Below, one piece after another: positions 17,305 to 28,176 of a DNA stretch of 64,000 nt. Every line of letters begins with the position of its first letter. The first letter of the stretch is position 1. The stretch lies in the NCBI GenBank assembly GCA_964484955.1, contig CAZAGS010000001.1, positions 8,037 to 72,036 of the forward strand, read 5' to 3'. Position numbers and translations under genes: made by a program. The notes under the pieces were generated by a model. That model was given only the letters and a program-made list of their open reading frames with translations, was not told where the DNA came from and searched no databases. The stretch is from an uncultured Tissierellaceae bacterium. GTDB lineage: Bacteria > Bacillota > Clostridia > Tissierellales > Tissierellaceae.

Positions 17305-18625
17305 TTTCTACATCTCCAATCAAGTCATATTCTAGATACTCTGTGATTTTTACAGGAACAAATTCATCTAATTCTAATTCTTCATTTGAATTTACATATA
17401 CAACCCCATCAATTTCTGGACTATCCATATAAGTTCTACCTACATATATATTTTCTCCTGCATACTCCTCAATTAATACATCGTAAATATTACCAACTTT
17501 GTTCATCATGTTGGTTTCTGAGATATTTACCTGAAGTTCCATAATACGGTCCCGACGAGCTTGTTTTACCTCTTCAGATAAATGACCTGGTAGAATATAA
17601 GCAGGAGTATCCTCTTCTTTAGAGTATGTGAAAATACCAAGTCTATCAAATTTAGTATCTTTTACAAACTGGTATAGTTCATTAAATTGCTCTTCACTTT
17701 CTCCAGGGAAACCAACTATAAATGTGGTTCTAATAATGATATTTGGAATTTCTTTTCTTAGTTTATTTATTAAATGGATTATATCTTCTTTGGATGTTCT
17801 TCTTCCCATGATTTTTAGCACATTATTATTAATATGCTGTAGGGGTATATCTACATATTTTATTACTTTGTCATTGTCTTTAATTGATTTTATTAGCTTA
17901 TCATTAAAGTTATCCGGATATAGATATAATACCCTAATCCATTTAATATCCACTATTTTATTTAATTCATCCAATAATTTATATAATGAATATTCACCAT
18001 ATAAATCTATTCCATAATCAGAAGTGTTTTGGGCTATTAAGATAATTTCGTAAACTCCATTAGCTACAAGGTTATTTACCTCTTTTATTATGTCTTCCAT
18101 CTTTCTACTTCTATGTTTGCCCCTAAGTTTTGGAATTATGCAATAAGTACATAGATTGTCACAACCTTCTGAAATTCTTACATAGGCAGTAGGTGAATAA
18201 GTAATTCTATTAACTTCCTCCAAGTATTCATTGTCTATATTATCAATTTTAACTATTTTATTTGCTTTGTTACTGTCCAATTCATCTAATAAGTTATTTA
18301 TATCCTTTATATTGCCAGTTCCTATTATTCCATCTATTTCTTCAATTTCCTCCAATAACTCTTTAGAATATCTTTGAGCTAAGCAACCAGCTAATATTAA
18401 GTATTCACAATTTTCCTCTTTATATTTAGCCATTTCCCAAATAGTCTCAATGGATTCCTCTTTGGCAGATTCAATAAATCCACAGGTATTTACTACTATA
18501 ATTTGACTTTCTTCTAAACTTTCAGCTATTTCATATTTATTTAGGTCCAAAGAACCTAGTAATAGTTCTGTATCTACTTCATTTTTTGAACATCCTAAAG
18601 TAATAGCGCTTATCTTTTTTCTCAT
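17288..18625 (-). CDS. rimO: Ribosomal protein S12 methylthiotransferase RimO
   Basis: MTTase N-domain (LGCSKNEVD), radical SAM CxxxCxxC (CDNLCTYC), C-terminal TRAM domain. Confidence 0.92.
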   Translation of the reverse strand: MRKKISAITLGCSKNEVDTELLLGSLDLNKYEIAESLEESQIIVVNTCGFIESAKEESIETIWEMAKYKEENCEYLILAGCLAQRYSKELLEEIEEIDGIIGTGNIKDINNLLDELDSNKANKIVKIDNIDNEYLEEVNRITYSPTAYVRISEGCDNLCTYCIIPKLRGKHRSRKMEDIIKEVNNLVANGVYEIILIAQNTSDYGIDLYGEYSLYKLLDELNKIVDIKWIRVLYLYPDNFNDKLIKSIKDNDKVIKYVDIPLQHINNNVLKIMGRRTSKEDIIHLINKLRKEIPNIIIRTTFIVGFPGESEEQFNELYQFVKDTKFDRLGIFTYSKEEDTPAYILPGHLSEEVKQARRDRIMELQVNISETNMMNKVGNIYDVLIEEYAGENIYVGRTYMDSPEIDGVVYVNSNEELELDEFVPVKITEYLEYDLIGDVENESAQ

Positions 18626-18641
18626 TATAAATTATCTCCCT

Positions 18642-20843
18642 TTATGACTCAGCATCCTGCTCGTCTTTTGTTATTAGAACCTTTCTTGGCTTACTTCCTT
18701 CAAATCCACCTATTACGCCTCTCTCTTCCATCTCATCTACAATTCTACCGGCTCTTGCATAGCCAATCTTTAACTTGCGCTGAAGTAATGATACAGATGC
18801 TTGTCCTTCATTTATAACCAAATCAATTGCTTCAGGTAGCAAAACATCAGCGTCTATAATATCTATTTCTTTAACATTTTGTACAAGCTCAATTATATCT
18901 TCATCATATTCTGTTATATTCTGATCTTTTAAAAAGTTTACTACCTGGCTAACTTCTTCTTCACTAATGAAGGCACCTTGTAATCTTAGGGGTTTAGAAT
19001 AAAATGAAGGATAAAAAAGCATATCCCCTTTTCCTAATAATTTTTCTGCACCAGCCATATCAAGTATGGTTCTAGAGTCAATTTGAGATGATACAGCAAA
19101 GGAAATTCTAGAAGGTATGTTAGCTTTGATAGTTCCAGTAATAACGTCTACAGAAGGCCTTTGAGTAGCTACAATAAGATACATACCTGCGGCTCTTGCC
19201 ATTTGTGCCAATCTACATATATAATCTTCTATTTCTTGAGCTGCTACCATCATTAAATCTGCTAATTCATCTATAATTATTACAATCATAGGTAATTTTT
19301 CTTGTGAATTATTAGTTAGTTTAGCATTATATGAGGTGATATCTCTAACACCATTTTTTGCAAATATTTTATATCTCTTTTCCATTTCTTCCACAGCCCA
19401 ATTTAAAGCAAAAGCTGCTCTTTTGGCTTCGGTTACAACTGGAATTAATAAGTGAGGTATACCATTATATACATTTAATTCTACTACTTTTGGATCAATT
19501 AAAAGTAATTTAACGTCATCAGGTGAAGATTTATATAAAATATTCATTATTATAGTATTAATACAAACTGATTTACCAGAACCTGTAGCTCCGGCTATAA
19601 GTAAGTGGGGCATTTTATCAATTGATGATACTATTGTCTTCCCTGAAACATCTTTTCCCAATGCTAGTGGTATATTAGAATCAATATTAATATATTCTTT
19701 GGATAGTAATAATTCTTTTAATAATACGCTATCTTTATTTTTATTAGGTACTTCTATACCTACAGCAGACTTTCCAGGAATTGGTGCTTCAATTCTAATA
19801 TCTGATGATGCCAGGCTTAGGGCAATATTATCAGATAGAGAAACTATTCTACTTAACTTTATTCCAGGTGCAGGTGATAATTCATAACATGTAATAGTAG
19901 GTCCTTTATTGATTTGTGTAATTGTGGCTTCTATTCCAAAGTTTTTCATAGTTTCTTCAATTATTTTACCATTATTTCTAATTTCTCTTTCATCATTTAA
20001 GTTAAATTTATTTACTGGTGAATTTAACATATTTAAAGAAGGTACTTTATAATTAGTTGCAAGTGATTTAGATGATTTTTCTTTTATTTCACTGTCAATT
20101 ATTTCTACTTCTTTTTTAATATTTACACCTTTTAAGGTCTCTTTAGCTTGGCTTTGTGTGTAATCTACTATTTTAATATCGTCAGTTGATATTTCTAACA
20201 TTTGTTCTGGAGAGAAATCCTGATTGTCTTGTGATTTTTTTGCTTTTTCACTTCTATCTACTTTTCTTTTAAATCTTTTAGAAAAATTAATTAATTGCAT
20301 ATATAGTTCTATTAGTTTTATATCTGTTAAAAATAAGATACTAATTGAAATAGCAAAAAATGTTACAAGATAAGCTCCAATAGTTCCAAATAACTTATAA
20401 AAAAAGAAACCTAAAAAGCTGCCTATTATACCTCCTCCTTTTGCAAAGTGAGATAGATATATTGAGTTTTCTACCCTAGCCATCAACCCTGTATTTACAC
20501 TATTTCTTCCATCCAAAATTATTAAAACACTTATAAGTAAAAAGAAGATTGTTGCAGATATTTTTACTTCCTCATTATCATATTCATCTATTATGTATAC
20601 AATTCCAGTGGCCATTATGGCTATTGGAAAAAAGTAGCCACCAAAACCCATTAGACTAAATGTGGCTCCCCTAATGGCTGAACCAATTAGACCCATCTTA
20701 AAGCTAAACAAGCTTATCATAGAAATGATTCCAATGGCAATAATTATCATTCCAATTAAATCTCTATTGAGTTCTTTAATATTATCTGGCTTCTTTTTCT
20801 TTATAGTATTCTTTTTTTGGGTTTTCTTCTTAGACTTACTCAA
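18642..20843 (-). CDS. ftsK: DNA translocase FtsK/SpoIIIE
   Basis: N-terminal TM helices. Motor domain with Walker A GATGSGKS and Walker B IIDELADL. C-terminal gamma winged helix (SVSLLQRKLKIGYARAGRIVD). Likely TTG start at 20843, because the ORF-track GTG lies inside the GAGGTGG SD. Confidence 0.92.
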   Translation of the reverse strand: MSKSKKKTQKKNTIKKKKPDNIKELNRDLIGMIIIAIGIISMISLFSFKMGLIGSAIRGATFSLMGFGGYFFPIAIMATGIVYIIDEYDNEEVKISATIFFLLISVLIILDGRNSVNTGLMARVENSIYLSHFAKGGGIIGSFLGFFFYKLFGTIGAYLVTFFAISISILFLTDIKLIELYMQLINFSKRFKRKVDRSEKAKKSQDNQDFSPEQMLEISTDDIKIVDYTQSQAKETLKGVNIKKEVEIIDSEIKEKSSKSLATNYKVPSLNMLNSPVNKFNLNDEREIRNNGKIIEETMKNFGIEATITQINKGPTITCYELSPAPGIKLSRIVSLSDNIALSLASSDIRIEAPIPGKSAVGIEVPNKNKDSVLLKELLLSKEYINIDSNIPLALGKDVSGKTIVSSIDKMPHLLIAGATGSGKSVCINTIIMNILYKSSPDDVKLLLIDPKVVELNVYNGIPHLLIPVVTEAKRAAFALNWAVEEMEKRYKIFAKNGVRDITSYNAKLTNNSQEKLPMIVIIIDELADLMMVAAQEIEDYICRLAQMARAAGMYLIVATQRPSVDVITGTIKANIPSRISFAVSSQIDSRTILDMAGAEKLLGKGDMLFYPSFYSKPLRLQGAFISEEEVSQVVNFLKDQNITEYDEDIIELVQNVKEIDIIDADVLLPEAIDLVINEGQASVSLLQRKLKIGYARAGRIVDEMEERGVIGGFEGSKPRKVLITKDEQDAES

Positions 20844-20938
20844 GTAAACCACCTCTTAACTTTTTTAAGCATATAGCAAGGGTTAAATAATTATAATTCT
20901 TCCCTTGCTAAGCTCTACTCTTGTTATTATAGCACAAT

Positions 20939-21661
20939 TTAAGGTCTAATTCTATTTTTATTATCCTTAATTAAAGAGTTCAATTTTTCTAAAGCCTGTG
21001 AAAATCCTCCTACTTCATCAATTAATTTGTATTCAACTGCTTCTGCACCAACTAATATGGTACCCACATCATTTGCAATCTCATCTGTGTCGTACATTAG
21101 ATTCATAAAGTCCTCTTTTTTTACATCAGCAGTCCTTAAAACAAACTTAATTATTCTTTCTTGCATTTTTTGAAAATATCTAAAAGTTTGAGGAACACCT
21201 ATAACCAGTCCTGTAGTTCTTATAGGATGTATAGTCATAGTAGCGGTTGGTACTATGAAAGAATAGTCAGCTGAAGTAGCCAAAGGAACTCCAATACTAT
21301 GTCCACCACCTAATACCAAGGATACTTTTGGTTTATCAATGCTATTTATCATTTCACTTAAGGCAAGCCCTGCTTCCACATCTCCACCAACAGTATTTAG
21401 TATTATAAAAATTCCTTCTATCTTTGGATTTTGCTGGCAATGTATGAGAATTGGTATAATATGCTCATATTTTGTTGCTTTTTTGTCAGATGATACTAGT
21501 GAATGTCCTTCAATTTCACCGATCAAGGTAATAAACTGAATATTCTCATCGTAGCCTATATCCTCTGGTATACCAAATTCCTTGATTTTATCAATAGGTT
21601 CTTTTAAACTGTCGTCTTCTTCTTTTGTTACTTCTTTATCTTTATCAAAATTAGTTTTCAT
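20939..21661 (-). CDS. tepA: ClpP-class peptidase-like protein (TepA/YmfB family)
   Basis: ClpP/crotonase-fold sequence (IILNTVGGDVEAGLALSEMI...GGGHSIGVPL). Conserved position upstream of ftsK/spoIIIE. Confidence 0.8.
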   Translation of the reverse strand: MKTNFDKDKEVTKEEDDSLKEPIDKIKEFGIPEDIGYDENIQFITLIGEIEGHSLVSSDKKATKYEHIIPILIHCQQNPKIEGIFIILNTVGGDVEAGLALSEMINSIDKPKVSLVLGGGHSIGVPLATSADYSFIVPTATMTIHPIRTTGLVIGVPQTFRYFQKMQERIIKFVLRTADVKKEDFMNLMYDTDEIANDVGTILVGAEAVEYKLIDEVGGFSQALEKLNSLIKDNKNRIRP

Positions 21662-21773
21662 AAACGCCTCCTAGTAAATATATTCACTTATTAGCATTTA
21701 CTATAATTTTGATATTATGCTAAATGAAATAAAACATAACAAAAGTTATGTTTTATTGGTAATTCCTATGAAG

Positions 21774-22019
21774 TTAAATCTCATCTAACTCAACTATTAT
21801 CATATCATAACCAATCTTTCTTATTGCGGACCAGGGAATTTCCATACCATCACTAGGTATTCCTAAAAATCTAAAGGTAAATCTTCTTTCAGGAACTATT
21901 AAACTAATTATTTTACCGCTTTCTTCATCTAATACTAAATCAGCATCTGCTAAGAGTCCAAGTCTTCCTCCATTATTAAGGTTAATTAATTCTTTTTCTC
22001 CTAATTCACTTAGTCTCAT
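21774..22019 (-). CDS. ylmC: YlmC/YmxH-family sporulation protein (PRC-barrel)
   Basis: 81 aa with the typical family sequence MRLSELGEKELINLNNGGRLG...D..ID..SGKI. Confidence 0.8.
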   Translation of the reverse strand: MRLSELGEKELINLNNGGRLGLLADADLVLDEESGKIISLIVPERRFTFRFLGIPSDGMEIPWSAIRKIGYDMIIVELDEI

Positions 22020-22111
22020 AAATTCACCTCACATATTATTCCTATTTAATTATATGATCTAAATAAAAATATATGTATTATCATTTATGATAACATCCGT
22101 TATGATACTGA

Positions 22112-22543
22112 TTATAATCCTGTATGACCAAATCCACCTTGGCCTCTTACTGTATCATCTAATTCATTTACCTGGTTCAATTGGGCTCTTTCATATTTAG
22201 TGAAAATCATCTGGGCAATTCTGTCTCCATTATTAATAGTGAAGTCTTCATTCCCTAAATTAATCAATATGATCTTTAGCTCTCCTCTATAATCACTATC
22301 TATTGTACCTACAGCATTAGCTAATGTAATACCATGTTTTAAAGCTAGTCCACTTCTTCCTCTTATTTGGCCCTCATATCCCTTCGGTATAGAAATGTAT
22401 AAGCCGGTAGGTATTAATTGCCTGTCTAATGGTTTTAAAGTTACTGGTGAGTCTACAAATGCCTGTAAATCTATTCCTGATGAACCACTTGTCTTATAGG
22501 ATGGTAATCCATTGTTACTTTTATTAACAATATTAATTTGCAT
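22112..22543 (-). CDS. dut: dUTP diphosphatase
   Basis: Trimeric dUTPase motifs (GSSGIDL, GRSGLALKHGI, GTIDSDYRGE, RGQGGFGHTG). Confidence 0.92.
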   Translation of the reverse strand: MQINIVNKSNNGLPSYKTSGSSGIDLQAFVDSPVTLKPLDRQLIPTGLYISIPKGYEGQIRGRSGLALKHGITLANAVGTIDSDYRGELKIILINLGNEDFTINNGDRIAQMIFTKYERAQLNQVNELDDTVRGQGGFGHTGL

Positions 22544-22552
22544 ATAATCACC

Positions 22553-23830
22553 TCAATTAAATAATATTTTTGTTACTTTCTTTTCTACATCTATTGCATT
22601 ATATATATTACCTACATATGCAATATTTACCTGTTCCTTATTAAATATATGATTTACTACTCTTTCTATATCTTCCATAGATACCATATGAATTTTCTCA
22701 ATGATTTCCTTAGGGGATTCTATTCTGCCTAAAATAGAAAGAGATTTTCCATTCTCAAACATTCTACTAAAAGTACCTTCAGTTCCTAAAATATAATTTC
22801 CTTTTAATTGTTCCTTAGACATAATAAGTTCTTCCTTAGAGATGAGAGCTTTCTTTAAATTTTTTATCTCTTTTTCAATAAGTTCTACAACAGGAAGTAG
22901 TTGTGTAGATTTTAGACCTGCATAGATGGAAAATATTCCAGTATGTTCAAATGGTGAAAGATTTGAATATACTGAGTAGGCTAGTCCATGATCTTCCCTT
23001 ATACTTTGAAACAATCTAGAGCTCATGGAGCCACCAAATACATTGTTCATAACCATGGTAGGATGAATATCTTCAGAAGTAACATTAACACCTTCCATAC
23101 CTATACAAAAATTTAATTGCTCAAAATTCTTTTCTATACCTTTAATATTATTTTTGTATCTATAGTCTTTACTAATATTATCTAATATTGGATTCTTACT
23201 CTTTTTAATAATATTAAAACTATTATTTAAAAGTTTCATGGTTTCTTTAGAATCTAACTTGCCGGCTAAAGATATGATTATATTGTCAGAAGTGTATTTA
23301 TCATAAAAGTAATCAAGTATAGCTTCCCTACTTAAAGTGGAAACTGAATCTTCTGTACCTAGTATTGGAAGCTCTAGACTAGATCCTTTAAACATTAATT
23401 CATTTAACAGTTCGTAAACCAGGTCTTCTGGTTCATCTAAATACATATTTATTTCCTCTATAATAACCCCTTTTTCTTTTTGAATCTCTTCTTGGTTAAA
23501 AAGTGAGTTTGTAAGCATATCACCTAGTACATCAATTGCAATAGGTAAATGTTGATCCAAGACTTTAGCATAAAAACAGGTTTGTTCTTTACCTGTAAAT
23601 GCATTTAGTTGTCCACCTATATTATCAATTGATTCTGCTATTTGTTTTGCTTTTCTGCTTTTAGTTCCCTTAAATAGCATATGCTCTATAAAATGAGAAA
23701 CACCATTATTTGTCTTGTCCTCATATATAGAGCCATTTTTTATTATTAATCCTATAGAAACTGAATTTACATAATCAATCTTCTCCATTACTACTTGTAT
23801 TCCATTATCTAATTTATCTATAATATACAT
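22553..23830 (-). CDS. M16-family zinc peptidase (insulinase-like; YmxG/MlpA-type)
   Basis: HxxEH zinc motif (GVSHFIEHMLFKGT). The ATG at 23830 follows a GGAGG SD; the ORF-track TTG lies inside that SD. Confidence 0.85.
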   Translation of the reverse strand: MYIIDKLDNGIQVVMEKIDYVNSVSIGLIIKNGSIYEDKTNNGVSHFIEHMLFKGTKSRKAKQIAESIDNIGGQLNAFTGKEQTCFYAKVLDQHLPIAIDVLGDMLTNSLFNQEEIQKEKGVIIEEINMYLDEPEDLVYELLNELMFKGSSLELPILGTEDSVSTLSREAILDYFYDKYTSDNIIISLAGKLDSKETMKLLNNSFNIIKKSKNPILDNISKDYRYKNNIKGIEKNFEQLNFCIGMEGVNVTSEDIHPTMVMNNVFGGSMSSRLFQSIREDHGLAYSVYSNLSPFEHTGIFSIYAGLKSTQLLPVVELIEKEIKNLKKALISKEELIMSKEQLKGNYILGTEGTFSRMFENGKSLSILGRIESPKEIIEKIHMVSMEDIERVVNHIFNKEQVNIAYVGNIYNAIDVEKKVTKILFN

Positions 23831-23849
23831 TATTTCCTCCAAAATATGA

Positions 23850-24560
23850 TTATTTCATTACACTACTTATTGTACCAATTTTATAGTCATTTTGGAATAA
23901 GTATTCTATAATTTCAGGAAGTGCTTTAACAGTTTCTGCTGTGGGATGCATTAAGACTATTGCTGATTGGTGTAATTTATCTTTTACACGTTTTACAATA
24001 ATGTCTTTGTAACTATCTTTACGCCAATCTATTGTATCAATACTCCATAAAATAACCTTATAGTTTAAATCCTTAGCCGCTTTTATAGTATTATCATTAA
24101 AGGCTCCCGATGGGGGAGCAAAATAAATAGGATTCATTTTTATAATATCTTTTATTATATTATGACTTTTTAAGATTTCATCTTTATTTTGTTCATATGA
24201 TAGTCTATCATAATCTATATGGTTATATCCATGATTACCTATTTCATGTCCACTTTTATATATTTCTGAAACTAAGTCAGGATTCTTTTCTGCCCATTTC
24301 CCTGTTGGAAAAAATGTGATTTGTACTTGATTTTCTTTAAAAATCCTCAACATTTCAGGAATATACTCATTACCCCAATCAATATTACATGCAAAAGCAA
24401 TGTTTTTTTCATTTTTTATTCCTTTGTAAAAGACTTCAGGATTAAAAACATCCTTAGCTTTTGTAAACAATAGAAATTTCAAAGATATTATTATAAGTAT
24501 AGCAATAATAATAGCAATAGTTAAGTATAGTGTTTTCCTACTTATTATTAATAGTCTCAT
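23850..24560 (-). CDS. Polysaccharide deacetylase (NodB domain, N-terminal TM anchor)
   Basis: NodB motifs (TFFPTGKW, GHEIGNHGYNH, MHP). Position next to the M16 peptidase matches B. subtilis ylxY. Confidence 0.85.
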   Translation of the reverse strand: MRLLIISRKTLYLTIAIIIAILIIISLKFLLFTKAKDVFNPEVFYKGIKNEKNIAFACNIDWGNEYIPEMLRIFKENQVQITFFPTGKWAEKNPDLVSEIYKSGHEIGNHGYNHIDYDRLSYEQNKDEILKSHNIIKDIIKMNPIYFAPPSGAFNDNTIKAAKDLNYKVILWSIDTIDWRKDSYKDIIVKRVKDKLHQSAIVLMHPTAETVKALPEIIEYLFQNDYKIGTISSVMK

Positions 24561-24620
24561 ATTATCCCTCCATTATTATACTATTAGATATATATTCACA
24601 ATGTAGAATAATATACGAGA

Positions 24621-24650
24621 AAATTAAAACATGAACCTATTAGGTTCATG
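24621..24650 (-). terminator. Rho-independent terminator after pnp
   Basis: On the - strand: CATGAACCTA-a-TAGGTTCATG followed by TTTTAATTTTC. Confidence 0.7.
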
Positions 24651-24662
24651 CATTATATTATC

Positions 24663-26756
24663 TTATTCAGTTTTTGGTTCTTCTGGTAATAAAACCTTTC
24701 TAGATAGATTGATTCTTCCTTGATTATCTATTTCCATTACTTTTACCATTACTTCATCACCAACAGCTAATACATCTTCTATTTTATTAACTCTTTCTCT
24801 AGCTATATTGGATATATGAACTAATCCTTCTTTGCCATTTAATACTTCTACAAAAGCTCCAAAATTCATAATTTTAGTAACTTTACCTAAATATATTTCT
24901 CCTACTTCAATTTCTTTAACAATATTAGAAATAATTTCAATAGCCTTTTCTCCACCTTTAGCATCTACAGCGGCTATTGCAATTCTACCTTTATCATCTA
25001 TATCTATTTTAACCCCTGTTTCATCGATTATCTTATTTATTACTTTTCCACCAGGTCCTATAACATCTCTTATTTTATCAGGATGTATTTGCATTGTAAA
25101 TATTCTAGGAGCGAAAGGTGATAATTCGCTTCTTGGCTCTACAAGAGTTTCTTCCATTTTATCTAGTATAAACAATCTTCCCTGTCTAGCCTTTTCTAGT
25201 GCTTCTTCTAGTATAGTCTTGTCTATTCCAGAAATTTTAATATCCATTTGAATAGCAGTTATACCTTTTCTAGTTCCAGCAGCTTTAAAATCCATATCTC
25301 CTAATGCATCTTCCATACCTTGGATATCCGATAAAACTGCAACTTTATCATCTAATTTTATTAGACCCATAGCGATTCCTGCAACAGAAGATTTAATGGG
25401 AACTCCTGCATCCAGTAAAGCTAAAGTAGAACCACAAACACTGGCTTGTGAAGAAGAACCATTGGAAGAAAGTACTTCTGATACAAGTCTTATAGTATAA
25501 GGAAAATCCTCTTCTGATGGAATAACAGGTAGTAATGCTTTTTCAGCAAGTGAACCATGGCCTATATCTCTTCTACTTGGACCTCTCATTGGTCTTGTAT
25601 CCCCAACTGAATAAGGTGGGAAGTTATAATGATGCATATATCTTTTTGACTCTTCCTCGCTTAATCCATCAACCGTTTGAGCATCACCAGATGCACCTAA
25701 AGTAGCAACTGTTAATACCTGTGTCTGCCCTCTTGTAAATAATCCTGAACCATGAGTTCTTGGTAATAATCCTACTTCACAGCTTATCTTTCTGATCTCA
25801 TCTGTTTTTCTATTATCAGGTCTAATGTTTTCTTCAATTATTAGTCTTCTAACTTCAGATTTTATTATACTATCTAATACAGCATTTATATCTTTCATTT
25901 CTTCAGCATATTCTTCGGCAAAATATTCTAAAGTTTCACTTACAACAGCTTCAATATTTGATTCTCTTTCTTGCTTTTCAAATGTTTTAATAGCATCTGA
26001 TAATTTACTTTTAGCAAAGATTTCAACTTTTTCTTTAAGTTCTGAATTTGGTTCAAATACATCAAATTCCATTTTCTCTTTGCCAACTTCCGTTACAATT
26101 TCTTCAATGAACTCACAAATTGATCTTATTTCTTCTTGAGCAAATAAGATTCCATTTAACATTAGCTCTTCACTAACTTCATTACCTGAGGCTTCAACCA
26201 TCATAATAGCATCTTTAGTTCCTGATACCACTAGGTTAATTTCTGAAGCTTCTCTTTCTTCAATGTTAGGATTTATAATGTATTTTCCATCAATTAAACC
26301 TACCAAAACTGATGCAGTTGGTCCATCAAATGGGATGTCAGAAATTGATAATGAAATGGAACTTCCTATCATAGCTATTATTTCTGGGGAATAATCTTGA
26401 TCAACAGATAAAACTGTAGCTATTACCTGGACATCATTTCTATACCCTTTTGGAAATAAAGGTCTTAATGGTCTATCTATTAAACGAGAAGTTAGGATAG
26501 CTTTTTCACTTGGTCTTCCTTCTCTTTTGATAAAACCACCAGGAAATTTTCCTACTGAATACAGTTTCTCTTCATAATCTACACTTAATGGAAAAAAGTC
26601 TATACCATCTCTAGGTTTTTTTGAAGCTGTAACAGCTACTAATACAACTGTATCTCCATATTGTATTAAACATGATCCACTAGCTTGTTCTGCAACCTTT
26701 CCAATAGTTACATGTAGATCTCTACCAGCCAATTTATACTGGAATTTCTTTTCCAT
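24663..26756 (-). CDS. pnp: Polyribonucleotide nucleotidyltransferase (PNPase)
   Basis: Two RNase PH domains, a KH domain ([15 protein letters not shown]) and an S1 domain ([19 protein letters not shown]). Confidence 0.97.
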   Translation of the reverse strand: MEKKFQYKLAGRDLHVTIGKVAEQASGSCLIQYGDTVVLVAVTASKKPRDGIDFFPLSVDYEEKLYSVGKFPGGFIKREGRPSEKAILTSRLIDRPLRPLFPKGYRNDVQVIATVLSVDQDYSPEIIAMIGSSISLSISDIPFDGPTASVLVGLIDGKYIINPNIEEREASEINLVVSGTKDAIMMVEASGNEVSEELMLNGILFAQEEIRSICEFIEEIVTEVGKEKMEFDVFEPNSELKEKVEIFAKSKLSDAIKTFEKQERESNIEAVVSETLEYFAEEYAEEMKDINAVLDSIIKSEVRRLIIEENIRPDNRKTDEIRKISCEVGLLPRTHGSGLFTRGQTQVLTVATLGASGDAQTVDGLSEEESKRYMHHYNFPPYSVGDTRPMRGPSRRDIGHGSLAEKALLPVIPSEEDFPYTIRLVSEVLSSNGSSSQASVCGSTLALLDAGVPIKSSVAGIAMGLIKLDDKVAVLSDIQGMEDALGDMDFKAAGTRKGITAIQMDIKISGIDKTILEEALEKARQGRLFILDKMEETLVEPRSELSPFAPRIFTMQIHPDKIRDVIGPGGKVINKIIDETGVKIDIDDKGRIAIAAVDAKGGEKAIEIISNIVKEIEVGEIYLGKVTKIMNFGAFVEVLNGKEGLVHISNIARERVNKIEDVLAVGDEVMVKVMEIDNQGRINLSRKVLLPEEPKTE

Positions 26757-26834
26757 AGAATACCTCCTTATTAATTAATTAATATATATTTATATTAACC
26801 TAATCTTTAGATTAAACACTAATTAATTCTAAAT

Positions 26835-26863
26835 AAACTAATAGAGCGGGAAACCCCGCTCTT
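26835..26863 (-). terminator. Rho-independent terminator after rpsO
   Basis: On the - strand: AGAGCGGG-guuu-CCCGCUCU followed by a U-rich tail (AUUAGUUUAUUU). GC-rich stem. Confidence 0.8.
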
Positions 26864-26864
26864 A

Positions 26865-27131
26865 TTAACCTCTGATGCCTAATTTTTCAATTAAAGAACG
26901 ATATCTTTCAATATTACTATTTTGCAAATATCTTAGTAAATTTCTTCTTTGTCCAACCATTTTCAATAATCCTCTTCTTGAATGATGATCTTTCTTATGA
27001 GTTTTTAAATGCTCATTTACAGAATTAATTCTAAAGGTTAATAATGCAATTTGTACCTCTGGGGATCCTGTATCTCCCTCGTGAAGTTTATATTGGTCAA
27101 TTACTTGTTCTTTTGTTTCTTTTAATAACAT
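26865..27131 (-). CDS. rpsO: 30S ribosomal protein S15
   Basis: S15 sequence ([17 protein letters not shown]...[22 protein letters not shown]). ATG at 27131 with a GGAGGTG SD; the ORF-track start is an over-extension. Confidence 0.95.
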   Translation of the reverse strand: MLLKETKEQVIDQYKLHEGDTGSPEVQIALLTFRINSVNEHLKTHKKDHHSRRGLLKMVGQRRNLLRYLQNSNIERYRSLIEKLGIRG

Positions 27132-27252
27132 AAAATACACCTCCATTTTTTTATACACCTATAGCTTAGTAAAACGTTGAGGATACGATTAACTTAGCCT
27201 TAGGTAATTGTTAACATTATAATGATATCATATATAATAATAATTGTAAATA

Positions 27253-28167
27253 TTAATGTACCTTTTTAACTTTATTAATGTCATCAAGGACCTTTTTCTT
27301 CAAGTCTTCAAGTTTTTGGAACTTGATTTCTTCTCTTAAATACTGAACAAACTCTAATTCTATTATCTTTCCATAAATATCTTCATTAAAATCAATAATA
27401 TGGCTTTCTATTTTTAGTCCATCTTCTTTAAAAGTAGGATTACTTCCTACACTAGTGGCTGATAAATAAGAATTTCCATCAACTATTGTATTAGTGCTGT
27501 ATACCCCATACTTAGGTATTACAAAATTGTCCATTGGCTTAATGTTAGCAGTTGGAAAACCCAAACTGCTTCCTAGTTTTTTACCTGGTACAACTTGCCC
27601 CTCTATAGAATACTTTCTTCCTAATAGTTTATTAGCTTCTTCTATATTGCCTTGCTCCAATAATTCTCTTATCTTTGTGCTGCTTATTAATTGGCCCCCC
27701 ATATAAATAGCTTCTATAATAATTACTTCAAAACCATATTTTTCACCAAGCGCTTTTAACAAGTTTGAATCTCCTGAAGCCTTATGGCCAAATCTATAAT
27801 CAAAGCCTACAACTACAGCTTTTACATTCAATTTATGGATTAAAATATCTTTCACAAATTCTTCTGGTAAGAGTTTCATTAAATCCTGGTCGAATTTCAA
27901 TTTATATATTAATTCAACACCCAAGCTCTCAAATATATTATATTTTTGCTCCATAGAAGTTATGGTTTTTGGTGCATTCCCTGTTAATACAGTTTTTGTA
28001 TGATTATCAAATACTAAAAGTGATGATTTTAAATTGTTTGCCTTTCCATAGCTTATCATCTTTTGTATTAAATCAAAGTGGCCTTTATGAACTCCATCAA
28101 AATTGCCTAATGCAACTACTGTGTGGAACCGTGTCTCTTCATAATCTTTAGTTTCTATTATTTCCAT
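27253..28167 (-). CDS. ribF: Bifunctional riboflavin kinase / FMN adenylyltransferase
   Basis: FAD synthetase N-domain (ALGNFDGVHKGH) and riboflavin kinase C-domain (GKKLGSSLGFPTANI, GSNPTF). Confidence 0.93.
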   Translation of the reverse strand: MEIIETKDYEETRFHTVVALGNFDGVHKGHFDLIQKMISYGKANNLKSSLLVFDNHTKTVLTGNAPKTITSMEQKYNIFESLGVELIYKLKFDQDLMKLLPEEFVKDILIHKLNVKAVVVGFDYRFGHKASGDSNLLKALGEKYGFEVIIIEAIYMGGQLISSTKIRELLEQGNIEEANKLLGRKYSIEGQVVPGKKLGSSLGFPTANIKPMDNFVIPKYGVYSTNTIVDGNSYLSATSVGSNPTFKEDGLKIESHIIDFNEDIYGKIIELEFVQYLREEIKFQKLEDLKKKVLDDINKVKKVH

Positions 28168-28176
28168 TTTCTCACC

